The notes: generated by a model not told the origin, from the sequence alone. 64,000 nt of DNA from Eledone cirrhosa (GCA_964016885.1 OZ024762.1:29884001-29948000); one strand, 5' to 3'. Shown: positions 27,101 to 43,350, counted from the first letter of the stretch. Numbers and translations: made by a program.

Positions 27101-30100
27101 TTTCTACGGCTGGATGCCCTTCCTAACACCAACCACATTTACAGTGTGGACTGGGAGGTTTTTACCGTGTTGCCTACACGGCCACATTACAGCGTGGACT
27201 GTCTGGCGGGTTATCTACGGCTGGATGCCCTTCCTAACACCAACCACATTTACAGTGTGGAACTGGGAGGTTTTTACCGTGTTGCCTACACGGCCACATT
27301 ACAACGTGGACTGTCTGGCGGGTTTTCTACGGCTGGATGCTATTCCTAACACCAACCACATTTACATTTTGGACTGGGAGATTTTTACCGTGTTACCTAC
27401 ACGGCCACATTACAGCGTGGACTGACTGGCGGGTTTTCTACAGCTGGATGCTCTTCCTAACACCAACCACATTTACAGTGTGGACTGGGAGATTTTTAAC
27501 GTGTTGCCTACACGGCCACATTACAGCGTGGACTGTCTGGCGGGTTTTCTACGGCTGGATGCCCTTCCTAACACCAACCACATTTAGTGTGGGGTTGCGA
27601 GGTTGTTACTGTGTTGCCTACACGGCCACATTACAACGTGGACTGTCTGGCGGGTTTTCTACGGCTGGATGCTATTCCTAACACCAACCACATTTACATT
27701 TTGGACTGGGAGATTTTTACCGTGTTACCTACACGGCCACATTACAGCGTGGACTGACTGGCGGGTTTTCTACAGCTGGATGCTCTTCCTAACACCAACC
27801 ACATTTACAGTGTGGACTGGGAGATTTTTAACGTGTTGCCTACACGGCCACATTACAGCGTGGACTGTCTGGCTGGTTTTCTACGGCTGGATGCCCTTCC
27901 TAACACCAACCACATTTACAGTGTGGACTGGGAGGTTTTTACCGTGTTGCCTACACGGCCACATTACAGCGTGGACTGTCTGGCGGGTTATCTACGGCTG
28001 GATGCCCTTCCTAACACCAACCACATTTACAGTGTGGACTGGGAGGTTTTTAGCGCGTTGCCTACACGGCCACATTACAGCGTGGACTGTCTGGCGGGTT
28101 ATCTACGGCTGGATGCCCTTCCTAACACCAACCACATTTACAGTGTGGACTGGGAGGTTTTTACCGTGTTGCCTACACGGCCACATTAGAGCGTGGACTG
28201 TCTGGCGGGTTTTCTACAGCTGGATGCCCTTCCTAACACCAACTACGCTTACAGTGTGGAACTGGGAGGTTTTTACCGTGTTGCCTACACGGCCACATTA
28301 CAGCGTGGACTGTCTGGCGGGTTTTCTACTGCTGGACGCCCTTCCTAACACCAACCACATTTACAGTGTGGACTGGGAGATTTTTACCGTGTTGCCTACA
28401 CGGCCACATTACAGCGTGGACTGTCTGGCGGGTTTTCTACGGCTGGATGCCCTTCCTAACACCAACCACATTTACAGTGTGGACTGGGAGGTTTTTACCG
28501 CGTTGCCTACACGGCCACATTACAGCGTGGACTGTCTGGCGGGTTTTCTACGGCTGGATGCCCTTCCTAACACCAACCACATTTACAGTGTGGACTGGGA
28601 GGTTTTTACCGTGTTGCCTACACGGCCACATTACAGCGTGGACTGTCTGGCGGGTTTTCTACGGCTGGATGCCCTTCCTAACACCAACCACATTTAGTGT
28701 GGGGTTGCGAGGTTTTTACTGTGTTGCTTACACGGCCACATTATAGCGTGGACTGTCTGGCGGGTTTTCTACGGCTGGATGCCCTTCCTAACACCAACCA
28801 CATTTACATTGTGGACTGGGAGATTTTTACCGTGTTGCCTACACGGCCACATTACAGCGTGGACTGACTGGCGGGTTTTCTACAGCTGGATGCTCTTCCT
28901 AACACCAACCACATTTACAGTGTGGACTGGGAGATTTTTACCGTGTTGCCTACACGGCCACATTACAGCGTGGACTGTCTGGCGGGTTTTCTACGGCTGG
29001 ATGCCCTTCCTAACACCAACCACATTTACAGTGTGGGGCTGGGAGGTTTTTACTGTGTTGCCTACACAGCCACATTACAGCGTGGACTGTCTGGCGGGTT
29101 TTCTACAGCTGGATGCCCTTCCTAACACCAACTACGTTTACAGTGTGGAACTGGGAGGTTTTTACCGTGTTGACTACACGGCCACATTACAGCGTGGACT
29201 GTCTGGCGGGTTTTCTACGGCTGGATGCCCTTCCTAACACCAACCACATTTACAGTGTGGACTGGGAGGTTTTTACCGTGTTGCCTACACGGCCACATTA
29301 CAGCGTGGACTGTCTGGCGGGTTTTCTACGGCTGGATGCCCTTCCTAACACCAACCACATTTACATTGTGGACAGGGAGATTTTTACCGTGTTGCCTACA
29401 CGGCCACATTACAGCGTGGACTGTCTGGCGGGTTTTCTACAGCTGGATGCCCTTCCTAACACCAACCACATTTACAGTGTGGACTGGGAGATTTTTACCG
29501 TGTTGCCTACACGGCCACATTACAGCGTGGACTGTCTGGCGGGTTTTCTACGGCTGGATGCCCTTCCTAACACCAACCACATTTACAGTGTGGACTGGGA
29601 GGTTTTTACCGGGTTGCCTACACGGCCACATACAGCGTGGACTGTCTGGCGGGTTATCTACGGCTGGATGCCCTTCCTAACACCAACCACATTTACAGTG
29701 TGGACTGGGAGGTTTTTACCGTGTTGCGTACACGGCCACATTACAGCGTCGACTGTCTGGCGGGTTTTCTACAGCTGGATGCCCTTCCTAACACCAACTA
29801 CGTTTACAGTGTGGAACTGGGAGGTTTTTCCCGTGTTGCCTACACGGCCACATTACAGCGTGGACTGTCTGGCGGGTTTTCTACAGCTGGATGCCCTTCC
29901 TAACACCAACCACATTTACAGTGTGGACTGGGAGATTTTTACCGTGTTGCCTACACGGCCACATTACAGCGTGGACTGTCTGGCGGGTTTTCTACGGCTG
30001 GATGCCCTTCCTAACACCAACCACATTTACAGTGTGGACTGGGAGGTTTTTACCGTGTTGCCTACACGGCCACATTACAGCGTGGACTGTCTGGCGGGTT

Positions 30101-30469
30101 ATCTACGGCTGGATGCCCTTCCTAACACCAACCACATTTACAGTGTGGAACTGGGAGGTTTTTACCGTGTTGCCTACACGGCCACATTACAGCGTGGACT
30201 GTCTGGCGGGTTTTCTACGGCTGGATGCTATTCCTAACACCAACCACATTTACATTTTGGACTGGGAGATTTTTACCGTGTTGCCTACACGGCCACATTA
30301 CAGCGTGGACTGACTGGCGGGTTTTCTACAGCTGGATGCTCTACCTAACACCAACCACATTTACAGTGTGGACTGGGAGATTTTTACCGTGTTGCCTACA
30401 AGGCCACATTACAGCGTGGACTGTCTGGCGGGTTTTCTACGGCTGGATGCTCTTCCTAACACCAACCAC

Positions 30470-33400
30470 ATTTAGTGTGGGGTTGCGAAGTTTTTACTGT
30501 GTTGCCTACACGGCCACATTACAGCGTGGACTGTCTGGCGGGTTTTCTACGGCTGGATGCCCTTCCTAACACCAACCACATTTACAGTGTGGGGCTGGGA
30601 GGTTTTTACCGTGTTGCCTACACAGCCACATTACAGCGTGGACTGTCTGGCGTGTTTTCTACAGCTGGATGCCCTTCCTAACACCAACCACATTTACAGT
30701 GTGGACTGGGAGATTTTTATCGTGTTGCCTACACGGCCACATTACAGCGTGGACTGACTGGCGGGTTTTCTACAGCTGGATGCTCTTCCTAACACCAACC
30801 ACATTTACAGTGTGGACTGGGAGATTTTTACCGTGTTGCCTACACGGCCACATTACAGCGTGGACTGTCTGGCGGGTTTTCTACGGCTGGATGTCCTTCC
30901 TAACACCAACCACATTTACAGTGTGGGGCTGGGAGGTTTTTACTGTGTTGCCTACGCAGCCACATTACAGCGTGGACTGTCTGGCGGGTTTTCTACAGCT
31001 GGATGCCCTTCCTAACACCAACTACGTTTACAGTGTGGAACTGGGAGGTTTTTACCGTGTTGCCTACACGGCCACATTACAGCGTGGACTGTCTGGCGGG
31101 TTTTCTACGGCTGGATGCCCTTCCTAACACCAACCACATTTACAGTGTGGGCTGGGAGGTTTTTACCGTGTTGCCTACACGGCCACATTACAGTGTGGAC
31201 TGTCTGGCGGGTTTTCTACAGCTGGATGCCCTTCCTAACACCAACTACGCTTACAGTGTGGAACTGGGAGGTTTTTACCGTGTTGCCTACACGGCCACAT
31301 TACAGCGTGGACTGTCTGGCGGGTTTTCTACAGCTGGATGCCCTTCCTAACACCAACCACATTTACAGTGTGGACTGGGAGATTTTTACCGTGTTGCCTA
31401 CACGGCCACATTACAGCGTGGACTGTCTGGCGGGTTTTCTACGGCTGGATGCCCTTCCTAACACCAACCACATTTACAGTTTGGACTGGGAGGTTTTTAC
31501 CGTGTTGCCTACACGGCCACATTACAGCGTGGACTGTCTGGCGGGTTTTCTACGGCTGGATGCCCTTCCTAACACCAACCACATTTACAGTGTGGACTGG
31601 GAGGTTTTTACCGTGTTGCCTACAAGGCCACATTACAGCGTGGACTGTCTGGCGGGTTTTCTACGGCTGGATGCCCTTCCTAACACCAACCACATTTACA
31701 TTGTGGACTGGGAGATTTTTACCGTGTTGCCTACACGGCCACATTACAGCGTGGACTGTCTGGCGGGTTTTCTACAGCTGGATGCTCTACCTAACACCAA
31801 CCACATTTACAGTGTGGACTGGGAGATTTTTACCGTGTTGCCTACAAGGCCACATTACAGCGTGGACTGTCTGGCGGGTTTTCTACGGCTGGATGCCCTT
31901 CCTAACACCAACCACATTTAGTGTGGGGTTGCGAAGTTTTTACTGTGTTGCCTACACGGCCACATTACGGCGCGGACTGTCTGGCGGGTTTTCTACGGCT
32001 GGATGCACTTCCTAACACCAACCACATTTACAGTGTGGGGCTGGGAGGTTTTTACCGTGTTGCCTACACAGCCACATTACAGCGTGGACTGTCTGGCGTG
32101 TTTTCTACAGCTGGATGCCCTTCCTAACACCAACCACATTTACAGTGTGGACTGGGAGATTTTTATCGTGTTGCCTACACGGCCACATTACAGCGTGGAC
32201 TGACTGGCGGGTTTTCTACAGCTGGATGCTCTTCCTAACACCAACCACATTTACAGTGTGGACTGGGAGATTTTTACCGTGTTGCCTACAAGGCCACATT
32301 ACAGCGTGGACTGTCTGGCGGGTTTTCTACGGCTGGATGCTCTTCCTAACACCAACCACATTTAGTGTGGGGTTGCGAAGTTTTTACTGTGTTGCCTACA
32401 CGGCCACATTACAGCGTGGACTGTCTGGCGGGTTTTCTACGGCTGGATGCCCTTCCTAACACCAACCACATTTACAGTGTGGGGCTGGGAGGTTTTTACC
32501 GTGTTGCCTACACAGCCACATTACAGCGTGGACTGTCTGGCGTGTTTTCTACAGCTGGATGCCCTTCCTAACACCAACTACGTTTACAGTGTGGAACTGG
32601 GAGGTTTTTACCGTGTTGCCTACACGGCCACATTACAGCGCGGACTGTCTGGCGGGTTTTCTACGGCTGGATGCCCTTCCTAACACCAACCACATTTACA
32701 GTGTGGGCTGGGAGGTTTTTACCGTGTTGCCTACACGGCCACATTACAGTGTGGACTGTCTGGCGGGTTTTCTACAGCTGGATGCCCTTCCTAACACCAA
32801 CCACATTTACAGTGTGGGCTGGGAGGTTTTTACCGTGTTGCCTACACGGCCACATTACAGTGTGGACTGTCTGGCGGGTTTTCTACAGCTGGATGCCCTT
32901 CCTAACACCAACTACGCTTACAGTGTGGAACTGGGAGGTTTTTACCGTGTTGCCTACACGGCCACATTACAGCGTGGACTGTCTGGCGGGTTTTCTACAG
33001 CTGGATGCCCTTCCTAACACCAACCACATTTACAGTGTGGACTGGGAGATTTTTACCGTGTTGCCTACACGGCCACATTACAGCGTGGACTGCCTGGCGG
33101 GTTTTCTACGGCTGGATGCCCTTCCTAACACCAACCACATTTACAGTGTGGACTGGGAGGTTTTTACCGTGTTGCCTACACGGCCACATTACAGCGTGGA
33201 CTGTCTGGCGGGTTTTCTACGGCTGGATGCCCTTCCTAACACCAACCACATTTACAGTGTGGACTGGGAGGTTTTTACCGTGTTGCCTACAAGGCCACAT
33301 TACAGCGTGGACTGTCTGGCGGGTTTTCTACGGCTGGATGCCCTTCCTAACACCAACCACATTTACATTGTGGACTGGGAGATTTTTACCGTGTTGCCTA

Positions 33401-35030
33401 CACGGCCACATTACAGCGTGGACTGTCTGGCGGGTTTTCTACAGCTGGATGCTCTACCTAACACCAACCACATTTACAGTGTGGACTGGGAGATTTTTAC
33501 CGTGTTGCCTACAAGGCCACATTACAGCGTGGACTGTCTGGCGGGTTTTCTACGGCTGGATGCCCTTCCTAACACCAACCACATTTAGTGTGGGGATGCG
33601 AAGTTTTTACTGTGTTGCCTACACGGCCACATTACAGCGTGGACTGTCTGGCGGGTTTTCTACGGCTGGATGCACTTCCTAACACCAACCACATTTACAG
33701 TGTGGGGCTGGGAGGTTTTTACCGTGTTGCCTACACAGCCACATTACAGCGTGGACTGTCTGGCGTGTTTTCTACAGCTGGATGCCCTTCCTAACACCAA
33801 CCACATTTACAGTGTGGACTGGGAGATTTTTATCGTGTTGCCTACACGGCCACATTACAGCGTGGACTGACTGGCGGGTTTTCTACAGCTGGATGCTCTT
33901 CCTAACACCAACCACATTTACAGTGTGGACTGGGAGATTTTTACCGTGTTGCCTACACGGCCACATTACAGCGTGGACTGTCTGGCGGGTTTTCTACGGC
34001 TGGATGTCCTTCCTAACACCAACCACATTTACAGTGTGGGGCTGGGAGGTTTTTACTGTGTTGCCTACGCAGCCACATTACAGCGTGGACTGTCTGGCGG
34101 GTTTTCTACAGCTGGATGCCCTTCCTAACACCAACTACGTTTACAGTGTGGAACTGGGAGGTTTTTACCGTGTTGCCTACACGGCCACATTACAGCGTGG
34201 ACTGTCTGGCGGGTTTTCTACGGCTGGATGCCCTTCCTAACACCAACCACATTTACAGTGTGGGCTGGGAGGTTTTTACCGTGTTGCCTACACGGCCACA
34301 TTACAGTGTGGACTGTCTGGCGGGTTTTCTACAGCTGGATGCCCTTCCTAACACCAACTACGCTTACAGTGTGGAACTGGGAGGTTTTTACCGTGTTGCC
34401 TACACGGCCACATTACAGCGTGGACTGTCTGGCGGGTTTTCTACAGCTGGATGCCCTTCCTAACACCAACCACATTTACAGTGTGGACTGGGAGATTTTT
34501 ACCGTGTTGCCTACACGGCCACATTACAGCGTGGACTGTCTGGCGGGTTTTCTACGGCTGGATGCCCTTCCTAACACCAACCACATTTACAGTGTGGACT
34601 GGGAGGTTTTTACCGTGTTGCCTACACGGCCTCATTACAGCGTGGACTGTCTGGCGGGTTTTCTACGGCTGGATGCCCTTCCTAACACCAACCACATTTA
34701 CAGTGTGGACTGGGAGGTTTTTACCGTGTTGCCTACAAGGCCACATTACAGCGTGGACTGTCTGGCGGGTTTTCTACGGCTGGATGCCCTTCCTAACACC
34801 AACCACATTTACATTGTGGACTGGGAGATTTTTACCGTGTTGCCTACACGGCCACATTACAGCGTGGACTGTCTGGCGGGTTTTCTACAGCTGGATGCTC
34901 TTCCTAACACCAACCACATTTACAGTGTGGACTGGGAGATTTTTACCGTGTTGCCTACACGGCCACATTACAGCGTGGACTGTCTGGCGGGTTTTCTACG
35001 GCTGGATGCCCTTCCTAACACCAACCACAT
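30470..35030. repeat. Blocks repeated at 3113-bp (28-mer) and 1667-bp (15-mer) offsets
   Basis: ORFs 30669/33782, 30812/33925, 31003/34116 and 31115/34228 are offset by 3113. ORFs 31338/33005 and 32003/33670 are offset by 1667. Boundaries are approximate. Confidence 0.8.
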
Positions 35031-36559
35031 TTAGTGTGGGGTTGCGAGGTTTTTACTGTGTTGCCTACACGGCCACATTACAGCGTGGACTGTCTGGCGG
35101 GTTTTCTACGGCTGGATGCCCTTCTTAACACCAACCACATTTACATTGTGGACTGGGAGATTTTTACCGTGTTGCCTACACGGCCACATTACAGCGTGGA
35201 CTGACTGGCGGGTTTTCTACAGCTGGATGCTCTTCCTAACACCAACCACATTTACAGTGTGGACTGGGAGATTTTTACCGTATTGCCTACACGGCCACAT
35301 TACAGCGTGGACTGTCTGGCGGGTTTTCTACGGCTGGATGCCCTTCCTAACACCAACCACATTTAGTGTGGGGTTGCGAGGTTTTTACTGTGTTGCCTAC
35401 ACGGCCACATTACAGCGTGGACTGTCTGGCGGGTTTTCTACGGCTGGATGCCCTTCTTAACACCAACCACATTTACATTGTGGACTGGGAGATTTTTACC
35501 GTGTTGCCTACACGGCCACATTACAGCGTGGACTGACTGGCGGGTTTTCTACAGCTGGATGCTCTTCCTAACACCAACCACATTTACAGTGTGGACTGGG
35601 AGATTTTTACCGTATTGCCTACACGGCCACATTACAGCGTGGACTGTCTGGCGGGTTTTCTACGGCTGGATGCCCTTCCTAACACCAACCACATTTAGTG
35701 TGGGGTTGCGAAGTTTTTACTGTGTTGCCTACACGGCCACATTACAGCGTGGACTGTCTGGCGGGTTTTCTACGGCTGGATGTCCTTCCTAACACCAACC
35801 ACATTTACAGTGTGGGGCTGGGAGGTTTTTACTGTGTTGCCTACACAGCCACATTACAGCGTGGACTGTCTGGTGGGTTTTCTACAGCTGGATGCCCTTC
35901 CTAACACCAACTACGTTTACAGTGTGGAACTGGGAGGTTTTTACCGTATTGCCTACACGGCCACATTACAGCGTGGACTGTCTGGCGTGTTTTCTACGGC
36001 TGGATGCCCTTCCTAACACCAACCACATTTACAGTGTGGGCTGGGAGGTTTTTACCGTGTTGCCTACACGGCCACATTACAGTGTGGACTGTCTGGCGGG
36101 TTTTCTACAGCTGGATGCTCTTCCTAACACCAACCACATTTACAGTGTGGACTAGGAGATTTTTACCGGTTGCCTACACGGCCACATTACAGCGTGGACT
36201 GTCTGGCGGGTTTTCTACGGCTGGATGCCCTTCCTAACACCAACCACATTTAGTGTGGGGTTGCAAGGTTTTTACTGTGTTGCCTACACGGCCACATTAC
36301 AGCGTGGACTGTCTGGCGGGTTTTCTACGGCTGGATGCCCTTCTTAACACCAACCACATTTACATTGTGGACTGGGAGATTTTTACCGTGTTGCCTACAC
36401 GGCCACATTACAGCGTGGACTGACTGCCGGGTTTTCTACAGCTGGATGCTCTTCCTAACACCAACCACATTTACAGTGTGGACTGGGAGATTTTTATCGT
36501 GTTGCCTACACGGCCACATTACAGCGTGGACTGTCTGGTGGGTTTTCTACGGCTGGATG

Positions 36560-39500
36560 CCCTTCCTAACACCAACCACATTTACATTGTGGGCAGGGAG
36601 GTTTTTACCGTGTTGCCTACACGGCCACATTACAGTGTGGACTGTCTGGCGGGTTTTCTACAGCTGGATGCCCTTCCTAACACCAACTACGCTTACAGTG
36701 TGGAACTGGGAGGTTTTTACCGTGTTGCCTATACGGCCACATTACAGCGTGGACTGTCTGGCGGGTTTTCTACAGCTGGATGCCCTTCCTAACACCAACC
36801 ACATTTACATTGTGGACTGGGAGATTTTTACCGTGTTGCCTACACGGCCACATTACAGCGTGGACTGTCTGGCGGGTTTTCTACAGCTGGATGCCCTTCC
36901 TAACACCAACCACATTTAGTGTGGGGTTGCGAGGTTTTTACTGTGTTGCTTACAAGGCCACATTATAGCGTGGACTGTCTGGCGGGTTTTCTACGGCTGG
37001 ATGCCCTTCCTAACACCAACCACATTTACAGTGTGGACTGGGAGGTTTTTACCGTGTTGCCTACACGGCCACATTACAGCGTGGACTGTCTGGTGCGTTA
37101 TCTACGGCTGGATGCCCTTCCTAACACCAACCACATTTACAGTGTGGACTGGGAGGTTTTTACCGTGTTGCCTACACGGCCACATTACAGCGTGGACTGT
37201 CTGGCGGGTTTTCTACGGCTGGATGCCCTTCCTAACACCAACCACATTTACAGTGTGGACTGGGAGGTTTTTACCGTGTTGCCTACACGGCCACATTACA
37301 GCGTGGACTGTCTGGCGGGTTTTCTACGGCTGGATGCCCTTCCTAACACCAACCACATTTAGTGTGGGGTTGCGAGGTTTTTACTGTGTTGCTTACACGG
37401 TCACATTATAGCGTGGACTGTCTGGCGGGTTTTCTACGGCTGGATGCCCTTCCTAACACCAACCACATTTACAGTGTGGACTGGGAGGTTTTTACCGTGT
37501 TGCCTACACGGCCACATTACAGCGTGGACTGTCTGGCGGGTTATCTACGGCTGGATGCCCTTCCTAACACCAACCACATTTACAGTGTGGACTGCGAGGT
37601 TTTTACCGTGTTGCCTACGCGGCCACATTACAGCGTGGACTGTCTGGCGGGTTTTCTACGGCTGGGTGCCCTTCCTAACACCAACCACATTTACATTGTG
37701 GACTGGGAGATTTTTACCGTGTTGCCTACACGGCCACATTACAGCGTGGACTGACTGTCGGGTTTTCTACAGCTGGATGCTCTTCCTAACACCAACCACA
37801 TTTACAGTGTGGACTGGGAGATTTTTACCGTGTTGCCTACACGGCCACATTACAGCGTGGACTGTCTGGCGGGTTTTCTACGGCTGGATGCCCTTCCTAA
37901 CACCAACCACATTTAGTGTGGGGTTGCAAGGTTTTTACTGTGTTGCCTACACGGCCACATTACAGCGTGGACTGTCTGGCGGGTTTTCTACGGCTGGATG
38001 CCCTTCTTAACACCAACCACATTTACATTGTGGACTGGGAGATTTTTACCGTGTTGCCTACACGGCCACATTACAGCGTGGACTGACTGGCGGGTTTTCT
38101 ACAGCTGGATGCTCTTCCTAACACCAACCACATTTACAGTGTGGACTGGGAGATTTTTACCGTGTTGCCTACACGGCCACATTACAGCGTGGACTGTCTG
38201 GTGGGTTTTCTACGGCTGGATGCCCTTCCTAACACCAACCACATTTACAGTGTGGGGCTGGGAGGTTTTTACTGTGTTGCCTACACAGCCACATTACAGC
38301 GTGGACTGTCTGGCGGGTTTTCTACAGCTGGATGCCCTTCCTAACACCAACCACATTTACAGTGTGGGCAGGGAGGTTTTTACCGTGTTGCCTACACGGC
38401 CACATTACAGTGTGGACTGTCTGGCGGGTTTTCTACAGCTGGATGCCCTTCCTAACACCAACTACGCTTACAGTGTGGAACTGGGAGGTTTTTACCGTGT
38501 TGCCTATACGGCCACATTACAGCGTGGACTGTCTGGCGGGTTTTCTACGGCTGGATGCCCTTCCTAACACCAACCACATTTACATTGTGGACTGGGAGAT
38601 TTTTACCGTGTTGCCTACACGGCCACATTACAGCGTGGACTGTCTGGCGGGTTTTCTACAGCTGGATGCCCTTCCTAACACCAACCACATTTAGTGTGGG
38701 GTTGCGAGGTTTTTACTGTGTTGCTTACACGGCCACATTATAGCGTGGACTGTCTGGCGGGTTTTCTACGGCTGGATGCCCTTCCTAACACCAACCACAT
38801 TTACAGTGTGGACTGGGAGGTTTTTACCGTGTTGCCTACACGGCCACATTACAGCGTGGACTGTCTGGCGGGTTATCTACGGCTGGATGCCCTTCCTAAC
38901 ACCAACCACATTTACAGTGTGGACTGGGAGGTTTTTACCGTGTTGCCTACACGGCCACATTACAGCGTGGACTGTCTGGCGGGTTTTCTACGGCTGGATG
39001 CCCTTCCTAACACCAACCACATTTACAGTGTGGACTGGGAGGTTTTTACCGTGTTGCCTACACGGCCACATTACAGCGTGGACTGTCTGGCGGGTTTTCT
39101 ACGGCTGGATGCCCTTCCTAACACCAACCACATTTAGTGTGGGGTTGCGAGGTTTTTACTGTGTTGCTTACACGGCCACATTATAGCGTGGACTGTCTGG
39201 CGGGTTTTCTACGGCTGGATGCCCTTCCTAACACCAACCACATTTACAGTGTGGACTGGGAGGTTTTTACCGTGTTGCCTACACGGCCACATTACAGCGT
39301 GGACTGTCTGGCGGGTTATCTACGGCTGGATGCCCTTCCTAACACCAACCACATTTACAGTGTGGACTGCGAGGTTTTTACCGTGTTGCCTACACGGCCA
39401 CATTACAGCGTGGACTGTCTGGCGGGTTTTCTACGGCTGGATGCCCTTCCTAACACCAACCACATTTACATTGTGGACTGGGAGATTTTTACCGTGTTGC

Positions 39501-42500
39501 CTACACGGCCACATTACAGCGTGGACTGACTGGCGGGTTTTCTACAGCTGGATGCTCTTCCTAACACCAACCACATTTACAGTGTGGACTGGGAGATTTT
39601 TACCGTGTTGCCTACACGGCCACATTACAGCGTGGACTGTCTGGCGGGTTTTCTACGGCTGGATGCCCTTCCTAACACCAACCACATCTACAGTGTGGGG
39701 CTGGGAGGTTTTTACTGTGTTGCCTCCACAGCCACATTACAGCGTGGACTGTCTGGCGGGTTTTCTACAGCTGGATGCCCTTCCTAACACCAACTACGTT
39801 TACAGTGTGGAACTGGGAGGTTTTTACCGTGTTGCCTACACGGCCACATTACAGCGTGGACTGTCTGGCGGGTTTTCTACGGCTGGATGCCCTTCCTAAC
39901 ACCAACCACATTTACAGTGTGGACTGGGAGGTTTTTACCGGGTTGCCTACACGGCCACATTACAGCGTGGACTGTCTGGCGGGTTATCTACGGCTGGATG
40001 CCCTTCCTAACACCAACCACATTTACAGTGTGGACTGGGAGGTGTTTACCGTGTTACCTACACGGCCACATTACAGCGTGGACTGTCTGGCGGGTTTTCT
40101 ACAGCTGGATGCCCTTCCTAACACCAACTACGTTTACAGTGTGGAACTGGGAGGTTTTTCCCGTGTTGCCTACACGGCCACATTACAGCGTGGACTGTCT
40201 GGCGGGTTTTCTACGGCTGGATGCTATTCCTAACACCAACCACATTTACATTTTGGACTGGGAGATTTTTACCGTGTTGCCTACACGGCCACATTACAGC
40301 GTGGACTGACTGGCGTGTTTTCTACAGCTGGATGCTCTTCCTAACACCAACCACATTTACAGTGTGGACTGGGAGATTTTTACCGTGTTGCCTACACGGC
40401 CACATTACAGCGTGGACTGTCTGGCGGGTTTTCTACGGCTGGATGCCCTTCCTAACACCAACCACATTTAGTGTGGGGTTGCGAAGTTTTTACTGTGTTG
40501 CCTACACGGCCACATTACAGCGTGGACTGTCTGGCGGGTTTTCTACGGCTGGATGCCCTTCCTAACACCAACCACATTTACAGTGTGGGGCTGGGAGGTT
40601 TTTACCGTGTTGCCTACACAGCCACATTACAGCGTGGACTGTCTGGCGTGTTTTCTACAGCTGGATGCCCTTCCTAACACCAACCACATTTACAGTGTGG
40701 ACTGGGAGATTTTTATCGTGTTGCCTACACGGCCACATTACAGCGTGGACTGACTGGCGGGTTTTCTACAGCTGGATGCTCTTCCTAACACCAACCACAT
40801 TTACAGTGTGGACTGGGAGATTTTTACCGTGTTGCCTACACGGCCACATTACAGCGTGGACTGTCTGGCGGGTTTTCTACGGCTGGATGTCCTTCCTAAC
40901 ACCAACCACATTTACAGTGTGGGGCTGGGAGGTTTTTACTGTGTTGCCTACACAGCCACATTACAGCGTGGACTGTCTGGCGGGTTTTCTACAGCTGGAT
41001 GCCCTTCCTAACACCAACTACGTTTACAGTGTGGAACTGGGAGGTTTTTACCGTGTTGCCTACACGGCCACATTACAGCGTGGACTGTCTGGCGGGTTTT
41101 CTACGGCTGGATGCCCTTCCTAATACCAACCACATTTACAGTGTGGGCTGGGAGGTTTTTACCGTGTTGCCTACACGGCCACATTACAGTGTGGACTGTC
41201 TGGCGGGTTTTCTACAGCTGGATGCTCTTCCTAACACCAACCACATTTACAGTGTGGACAGGGAGATTTTTACCGTGTTGCCTACACGGCCACATTACAG
41301 CGTGGACTGTCTGGCGGGTTTTCTACGGCTGGATGCCCTTCCTAACACCAACCACATTTAGTGTGGGGTTGCAAGGTTTTTACTGTGTTGCCTACACGGC
41401 CACATTACAGCGTGGACTGTCTGGCGGGTTTTCTACGGCTGGATGCCCTTCTTAACACCAACCACATTTACATTGTGGACTGGGAGATTTTTACCGTGTT
41501 GCCTACACGGCCACATTACAGCGTGGACTGACTGGCGGGTTTTCTACAGCTGGATGCTCTTCCTAACACCAACCACATTTACAGTGTGGACTGGGAGATT
41601 TTTACCGTGTTGCCTACACGGCCACATTACAGCGTGGACTGTCTGGTGGGTTTTCTACGGCTGGATGCCCTTCCTAACACCAACCACATTTACAGTGTGG
41701 GGCTGGGAGGTTTTTACTGTGTTGCCTACACAGCCACATTACAGCGTGGACTGTCTGGCGGGTTTTCTACAGCTGGATGCCCTTCCTAACACCAACCACA
41801 TTTACAGTGTGGGCAGGGAGGTTTTTACCGTGTTGCCTACACGGCCACATTACAGTGTGGACTGTCTGGCGGGTTTTCTACAGCTGGATGCCCTTCCTAA
41901 CACCAACTACGCTTACAGTGTTGAACTGGGAGGTTTTTACCGTGTTGCCTATACGGCCACATTACAGCGTGGACTGTCTGGCGGGTTTTCTACAGCTGGA
42001 TGCCCTTCCTAACACCAACCACATTTACATTGTGGACTGGGAGATTTTTACCGTGTTGCCTACATGGCCACATTACAGCGTGGACTGTCTGGCGGGTTTT
42101 CTACAGCTGGATGCCCTTCCTAACACCAACCACATTTAGTGTGGGGTTGCGAGGTTTTTACTGTGTTGCTTACACGGCCACATTATAGCGTGGACTGTGT
42201 GGCGGGTTTTCTACGGCTGGATGCCCTTCCTAACACCAACCACATTTACAGTGTGGACTGGGAGGTTTTTACCGTGTTGCCTACACGGCCACATTACAGC
42301 GTGGACTGTCTGGCGGGTTATCTACGGCTGGATGCCCTTCCTAACACCAACCACATTTACAGTGTGGACTGGGAGGTTTTTACCGTGTTGCCTACACGGC
42401 CACATTACAGCGTGGACTGTCTGGCGGGTTTTCTACGGCTGGATGCCCTTCCTAACACCAACCACATTTACAGTGTGGACTGGGAGGTTTTTACCGTGTT

Positions 42501-43350
42501 GCCTACACGGCCACATTACAACGTGGACTGTCTGGCGGGTTTTCTACGGCTGGATGCCCTTCCTAACACCAACCACATTTAGTGTGGGGTTGCGAGGTTT
42601 TTACTGTGTTGCTTACACGGCCACATTATAGCGTGGACTGTCTGGCGGGTTTTCTACGGCTGGATGCCCTTCCTAACACCAACCACATTTACAGTGTGGA
42701 CTGGGAGGTTTTTACCGTGTTGCCTACACGGCCACATTACAGCGTGGACTGTCTGGCGGGTTATCTACGGCTGGATGCCCTTCCTAACACCAACCACATT
42801 TACAGTGTGGACTGCGAGGTTTTTACCGTGTTGCCTACACGGCCACATTACAGCGTGGACTGTCTGGCGGTTTTTCTACGGCTGGATGCCCTTCCTAACA
42901 CCAACCACATTTACATTGTGGACTGGGAGATTTTTACCGTGTTGCCTACACGGCCACATTACAGCGTGGACTGACTGGCGGGTTTTCTACAGCTGGATGC
43001 TCTTCCTAACACCAACCACATTTACAGTGTGGACTGGGAGATTTTTACCGTGTTGCCTACACGGCCACATTACAGCGTGGACTGTCTGGCGGGTTTTCTA
43101 CGGCTGGATGCCCTTCCTAACACCAACCACATCTACAGTGTGGGGCTGGGAGGTTTTTACTGTGTTGCCTACACAGCCACATTACAGCGTGGACTGTCTG
43201 GCGGGTTTTCTACAGCTGGATGCCCTTCCTAACACCAACTACGTTTACAGTGTGGAACTGGGAGGTTTTTACCGTGTTGCCTACACGGCCACATTACAGC
43301 GTGGACTGTCTGGCGGGTTTTCTACGGCTGGATGCCCTTCCTAACACCAA
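36560..43350. repeat. Blocks repeated at 1775-bp (16-mer) and 3445-bp (31-mer) offsets, with an internal 443-bp tetramer
   Basis: ORFs 36780/38555/42000, 36919/38694/42139, 37362/39137/42582 and 37998/41443 match. Marker variants are CCTATACGG, GGGCAGGG and GACTGCGAGG. Boundaries are approximate. Confidence 0.8.
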